Positions 59,783-64,000 of a stretch of 64,000 bases of DNA are shown piece by piece. Both the position numbers and the translations under genes were made by a program. Position 1 is the stretch's first letter. Every line of letters starts with the position of its first letter. Source of the DNA: Minisyncoccota bacterium (GTDB lineage: Bacteria > Patescibacteriota > Minisyncoccia > Phycocordibacterales > UBA9973); NCBI GenBank assembly GCA_031972855.1, contig DALYDY010000003.1, positions 3,027 to 67,026 on the forward strand. The letters are read 5' to 3'. A model generated the notes under the pieces. The model had not been told where the DNA came from. It saw only the letters and a program-made list of their open reading frames with translations, and made no database searches.

Positions 59783-60244
59783 TTAACTCTTATCACAAAC
59801 AACGTCACTCGCTCCAAGTGGAGTGTCTGTTGACATTGAAGCACCTGTACTGTCTACACATTGGTATAGATCAGGAGTTACAGTTTTCAAAGGAACAGAA
59901 GCTGCCCATGCTGAACCATCTGCTGAAACATGACATACTCCAGTTGTTGAAGTCTGTGCAGTAGCAAGAACAGTTACAACAGTTCCAGTAGTAGTAAATG
60001 CATCAAGAGCTGCCTCTACATTAGCATTAATAGTTCCTGAACCAATAGCACAAACACCTGTGTAAGTACTAGCTGTATCGTAGAAAATTTCTGCTTGAGC
60101 ACGAGCATTTGCTAAGTTTGCTTTAACAGCAGCGTCAGCTCCTTTTGAACGAGCACTATTTAGTGATGCAAGAACAACAGAAGCCAATATACCAATGATG
60201 GCAATAACCACCAAAAGTTCAATCAATGTAAAACCTTTTTTCAT
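59783..60244 (-). CDS. pilA: Major type IV pilin (PilA-like)
   Basis: MKKGFTLIELLVVIAIIGILASVV. Start at the internal Met of the track ORF. Confidence 0.85.
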   Translation of the reverse strand: MKKGFTLIELLVVIAIIGILASVVLASLNSARSKGADAAVKANLANARAQAEIFYDTASTYTGVCAIGSGTINANVEAALDAFTTTGTVVTVLATAQTSTTGVCHVSADGSAWAASVPLKTVTPDLYQCVDSTGASMSTDTPLGASDVVCDKS

Positions 60245-60262
60245 ATATGAATTATCTTTATT

Positions 60263-60281
60263 GTCCGTCACGTGATCGGAC
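60263..60281 (-). promoter_or_regulatory. GC-rich near-palindrome with a CACGTG core in the pilin 5' leader
   Basis: gtccgtcacgtgatcggac, about 20 nt upstream of the pilin ATG and downstream of an extended -10 (tgatataat at about 60325-60333). Confidence 0.4.
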
Positions 60282-60407
60282 ACTTTAATTTACTATTTAC
60301 TAATAATGTACTAATTATATCACTTTTAGACACATCGCAATATTATTATGGGGAAAACTGAAAACTAATAACTAGATTATAGTTATTAGTAACTATAAGA
60401 TATATGA

Positions 60408-60447
60408 ACTAAAGGGTGAATTTCCCTTTGGGAAATTCACCCTTTAG
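60408..60447. terminator. Strong bidirectional terminator between pilC and the pilin gene
   Basis: aaagggtgaatttccc ttt gggaaattcacccttt, a 16-bp stem. Confidence 0.7.
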
Positions 60448-60470
60448 TTTACTAACCAATAACCACTAAT

Positions 60471-61676
60471 TTAATTCACTCCTCCAGCAATATTATAAAT
60501 AGGCATCAAAACAGACGTTAGAAGAAGCCCAACACCAAGACCAAGAGCAACAATCATAACAGGTTCGATAAGTCCAACGAGTGTATCTACTGCATCATCA
60601 ACTTCTCTTTTATAAAATTTTGCGAGAGTTTTTAAAATATTTCCCATTGCGCCAGTTTCTTCTCCAACCTTAATCATTTGAACTAATATTTGTGGTATTT
60701 CTTTATGTGATCCAAGAGCATCAGAAAATGAACTACCAGATTTAACTTTTTCACAAGAAGAAGATAATATTTCTTGATAGGTTCGATTTCCTACAACTCC
60801 AGCAGTAATCTCAATAGCACGAACAATTGGAATACCAGATGAAAGCATTGTATCCATATTGTCAGCAATACGAGCAAGATATACTTTTGTAAACAAAGGT
60901 CCAAATACAGGTGTCTTTAATTTTAACTTATCAACAAGAAGTTTTCCTTTTTTACTTTTAACAAAATAAGCACCAGCGACTCCGAGAGCACCCACAACTA
61001 TCAACAAATACAAACCATAATTCACCATTAAATCACTCATACCCATAACTATTCTTGTATTCAAAGGGATTTCTTGTCCTGATTCTTTTATGATTGCAGA
61101 GAGTTTTGGAATAATCATTACAAACATCAAAACCATAACAACTACGAATATACCAATAACAAAAGCTGGATAAATAAGAGCATTTTTTGTTTTTGCTGCA
61201 AGAGCATATTGACGGTCTAGATAGTCAGCCAAGTAAGCAAATGTCTGAGTAAGTTTTCCAGATTCTTCTCCTGACTTAACCATGTTTACATAAAAATCAG
61301 AAAAGATCATTGGGTGTTTTGCTAATGCTTGAGAAATAGAAAAACCAGATTGTAAATCACTTACAATTATTTCTAACTTTTTTTTCATTAATTTATTCTG
61401 AGAATTTGAAGCAATTAATGAAAAAGTTTTTAGAGTTGAAACTTGAGCTTCAAAAAGAGTTGATATTTGACGAGACATTATAACAACATCTTTGACTGGA
61501 ATTTTTTCAAAAATAGTTATATCTAGAATCGATTTTGGTTTATCAGCAGATATAACAGTAAGTACAATAAGCCCTCTTTTCTGGACAGCAGAAATAGCAG
61601 TGTCGCGATTAATTGCTTCTACAACACCGTTTTGTTTTTCTCCTTTTTCATTTACTGCAGTATAATTAAAATTCAT
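60471..61676 (-). CDS. pilC: Type IV pilus assembly platform protein PilC (GspF family)
   Basis: Two GspF-type repeats and three TM segments. Size is 401 aa. Confidence 0.85.
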   Translation of the reverse strand: MNFNYTAVNEKGEKQNGVVEAINRDTAISAVQKRGLIVLTVISADKPKSILDITIFEKIPVKDVVIMSRQISTLFEAQVSTLKTFSLIASNSQNKLMKKKLEIIVSDLQSGFSISQALAKHPMIFSDFYVNMVKSGEESGKLTQTFAYLADYLDRQYALAAKTKNALIYPAFVIGIFVVVMVLMFVMIIPKLSAIIKESGQEIPLNTRIVMGMSDLMVNYGLYLLIVVGALGVAGAYFVKSKKGKLLVDKLKLKTPVFGPLFTKVYLARIADNMDTMLSSGIPIVRAIEITAGVVGNRTYQEILSSSCEKVKSGSSFSDALGSHKEIPQILVQMIKVGEETGAMGNILKTLAKFYKREVDDAVDTLVGLIEPVMIVALGLGVGLLLTSVLMPIYNIAGGVN

Positions 61677-61679
61677 ATT

Positions 61680-62741
61680 TTACATCATTGATTGAAAAGC
61701 TCTAGGATTTGTCGAATAAGCCATTGCAGACTCCATTGTAATTTCACCTGCGCGCACAAGTTCAATCAGAGATCTGTTTATATCAACCATTCCCTGTTCA
61801 AGACCTGTCTCTATAACAACATCTATTTCATGAGTTCTTTTTTCACGTATCAAATTTGAAACAGCATTATTATTAATCAAAAGTTCATAAGCTGGTATTC
61901 TACCTCCTGTAATTTTAGGAACTAAACGTTGCGAAAAAATTCCAAGCAAAGATGATGCTAATTGAGTTCTTATTTGATCTTGTTGTGCTGGTGGAAAAGA
62001 GTCAATGATGCGATCAATCGTTTGTGAAGCACTGTTTGTATGAAGTGTTGCAAAAACTAAGTGACCAGTTTCAGCAGCAGTAACAGCTGCAGCCATAGTC
62101 TCATGATTTCTCATTTCTCCAATTAATATAACATTAGCATCAGAACGAAATACTGTTTTCAAAGCGCTTTCAAAACTTGAAGTATCTATACCAACATCTC
62201 TTTGATCAATTATAGATCTTTTTACAGGATATATATGTTCAACAGGGTCCTCAATAGTAACAATGTGTGCCGCTCTCTTTTCATTAACAATATTCACCAT
62301 TGCAGCGAGTGTTGTAGATTTACCTTGACCAACAGGACCAACAACTAGAAAGAATCCTTGGCGAGCAAGTGCAAATTGCTCTAAAATTGGTGGTAATTTT
62401 AGATTTTCTAAAGAGTCTATTTCTGGTATTAAGCGAAGGGCAACAGATATGCCACTTTTTTGATAAAAAAAACTTCCACGAAGACGAAGACCTTTTGGTG
62501 TATCAAAAGCAAAATCAAGTTCTTGATCTTCTAAAAATTTTTTAACTCTTTCTTTAGTAGTTAAAACTTCCAAGATTGAAAGCATGTCTTCTTGTAATGG
62601 TATTGTTTTTCTTTCTAAAAAAACAAGTTCGCCAGATATACGTATCGCAGGATATCTTCCTGTAGACAGGTGAAGATCAGAAGCACCTTGTGTGTGCATA
62701 TCTTCTATTAAATCTAGAACATATTCTTTATAATCTTTCAT
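61680..62741 (-). CDS. pilT: Twitching-motility retraction ATPase PilT
   Basis: Walker A GPVGQGKSTTL. Asp box, His box. Size is 353 aa. Confidence 0.85.
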   Translation of the reverse strand: MKDYKEYVLDLIEDMHTQGASDLHLSTGRYPAIRISGELVFLERKTIPLQEDMLSILEVLTTKERVKKFLEDQELDFAFDTPKGLRLRGSFFYQKSGISVALRLIPEIDSLENLKLPPILEQFALARQGFFLVVGPVGQGKSTTLAAMVNIVNEKRAAHIVTIEDPVEHIYPVKRSIIDQRDVGIDTSSFESALKTVFRSDANVILIGEMRNHETMAAAVTAAETGHLVFATLHTNSASQTIDRIIDSFPPAQQDQIRTQLASSLLGIFSQRLVPKITGGRIPAYELLINNNAVSNLIREKRTHEIDVVIETGLEQGMVDINRSLIELVRAGEITMESAMAYSTNPRAFQSMM

Positions 62742-62744
62742 AGA

Positions 62745-63131
62745 TTATTTTGATTGAGTAAGAGAAACAACCTTAGACACAACTTCTGATGGAGTTGCAT
62801 TTGCTTTTACAATATAACCTGAAACACCAAGAGCTTTACCCTTTTCAATATCTTCTGTTTGTCCAAGATTTGAAATTATAATCTTTACAGTGTTTGGAAT
62901 TAAATTTTCTTCGTTTATTTTTTGTAAAAGTTCAAAACCATCCATAATAGGCATAACAATATCTGTTAGTAAAATATCTAAAGACGTTATTTCTTTTAAT
63001 TTTTGTAGTGCCACTGTTGACCCAAGAGCCGTGTCAACGTCAAATCCTGATTGACTAAATTTTAGCGCATACATATCTAGCAAAAAACTATCGTCATCAA
63101 CAATTAAAATAGATTTCTTTTTTTCTTCCAT
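62745..63131 (-). CDS. Single-domain response regulator (CheY-like receiver)
   Basis: ILIVDDD ... DILLTDIVMPIMDG ... conserved Asp/Lys positions. Size is 128 aa. Confidence 0.8.
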   Translation of the reverse strand: MEEKKKSILIVDDDSFLLDMYALKFSQSGFDVDTALGSTVALQKLKEITSLDILLTDIVMPIMDGFELLQKINEENLIPNTVKIIISNLGQTEDIEKGKALGVSGYIVKANATPSEVVSKVVSLTQSK

Positions 63132-63174
63132 AATACCCAGTATAACACGTATACAATTTTTTCAAGTGTGTGTA

Positions 63175-64000
63175 TTATTCTCTGTTATCTGCCAAGCCGT
63201 AAACTTCAGACATAGGTGTTTCACCTTTCAAAGACTTAATAAATCCATCCTCTCTCATAGTAAGCATTCCTTGTTGTTTTCTAGCAAGTTGGTATATTTG
63301 ATCTTCTCCCGGAGATTGAAGTATTAGTTTTTGCATTTCTCTATCTATTTTAAACATCTCATGAACAGCAATACGTCCTCGAGTACCAGAAGGACAATCT
63401 GGAGTACTAACGGTGTCATATACCACTTCTGGAATAACTACATCTTTTTTATATTCTTCAGGCAAATCACTAAAATACTTATTTAATTGCTCTTTCAAAA
63501 CATCGGACATCGGTGTTTCTTTTTTTGATGTAGGACAAGTATGACGAACGAGACGTTGTGCAACAGACAAAACAAGTGTAGGCGCAATCAAGTACGGATC
63601 AACACCCATATCAATAAGACGAGGCACAACACCAGCAGCATTATTGGTGTGAAGAGTTGAAAAAACAAGGTGACCCGTTAGAGCGGCTTGAATTGCTAGC
63701 TGAGCTGTTTCTTTATCACGAATCTCTCCAACTAGAATAACGTCAGGGTCTTGACGAAGAATAGAACGTAGACCAGAAGCAAAAGTATAACCAATTTCTG
63801 CCATAACCTGTGATTGATTAACTGATGGAATATTATACTCTACAGGATCTTCAAGAGAAACAACATTCATCTTTTCACGATCAACTTCATTTAACATTGA
63901 GTATAGAGTTGTTGTTTTACCAGAACCAGTTGGACCGGTAATCAAAATTAGTCCATAAGGTCTATCAATAGCGTCACGTACTAATTTTAAATTTCTATCA
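63175..64000 (-). CDS. pilB: Type IV pilus assembly ATPase PilB/GspE family (C-terminal part; 5' end outside the window)
   Basis: Walker [11 protein letters not shown]. His box. C-terminal tetracysteine-like CPTS...CPSG. Confidence 0.8.
   Translation of the reverse strand, partial: DRNLKLVRDAIDRPYGLILITGPTGSGKTTTLYSMLNEVDREKMNVVSLEDPVEYNIPSVNQSQVMAEIGYTFASGLRSILRQDPDVILVGEIRDKETAQLAIQAALTGHLVFSTLHTNNAAGVVPRLIDMGVDPYLIAPTLVLSVAQRLVRHTCPTSKKETPMSDVLKEQLNKYFSDLPEEYKKDVVIPEVVYDTVSTPDCPSGTRGRIAVHEMFKIDREMQKLILQSPGEDQIYQLARKQQGMLTMREDGFIKSLKGETPMSEVYGLADNRE

Noticed and set aside
60366-60392. AT-rich inverted repeat ctaataact agattat agttattag upstream of the pilin promoter as a specific operator
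   Set aside because: Low-complexity AT palindromes arise easily in AT-rich DNA. There is no second copy or covariation to support function.

Overview
The window is an AT-rich, tightly packed bacterial chromosome segment read with the standard genetic code. Inference: it comes from a small-genome Patescibacteria/CPR-like organism, based on short housekeeping proteins, many near-leaderless genes, type IV pili, LTD surface proteins, and no biosynthetic genes in the window. No rRNA genes, tRNA genes or CRISPR arrays are visible.

Conserved core genes, mostly on the minus strand:
- The RNA polymerase/primase cluster rpoB-rpoC-dnaG-rpoD (20897-14167).
- The rpsP-KH-trmD operon and a divergent ribonuclease R (rnr).
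- gatB, obg, rlmB-like, smc-like, rnc, a NusB-Nudix fusion, rpmF, thrS, gyrB, a UvrD-type helicase-nuclease, gatC-gatA and ligA.
- A type IV pilus locus (pilB-REC-pilT-pilC-pilin-pilD, three minor pilins and a PilX-like gene) running off the 3' end of the window. A second standalone pilin gene lies at 46254-46727.

The most notable observations:
1. A mitochondrial-type monomeric PheRS (PheS catalytic core fused to an FDX-ACB anticodon-binding domain).
2. A NusB-Nudix fusion protein.
3. A sigma-70 with a histone-H1-like, lysine/alanine-rich N-terminus.
4. A perfect 35-bp direct repeat flanking a four-helix-bundle (IVS-type) protein gene plus an ExoX-like exonuclease gene. Its 3' half recurs at other terminator/promoter junctions.
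5. An SF2 helicase with five near-identical ~62-aa C-terminal repeats, visible as a ~186-bp tandem DNA array.
6. A duplicated promoter/terminator cassette architecture around an ITPase-like gene and a hypothetical gene.
7. A possible membrane-anchored HEPN-like protein.
8. A DUF87/TraD-like ATPase with a long disordered tail beside an LTD-PKD surface protein.
9. Two paralogous intrinsic terminators showing compensatory base changes.

I noticed a 2-nt frame inconsistency between the displayed sequence and the ORF track at the rnr start, so hand-derived coordinates may be off by 1-2 nt.
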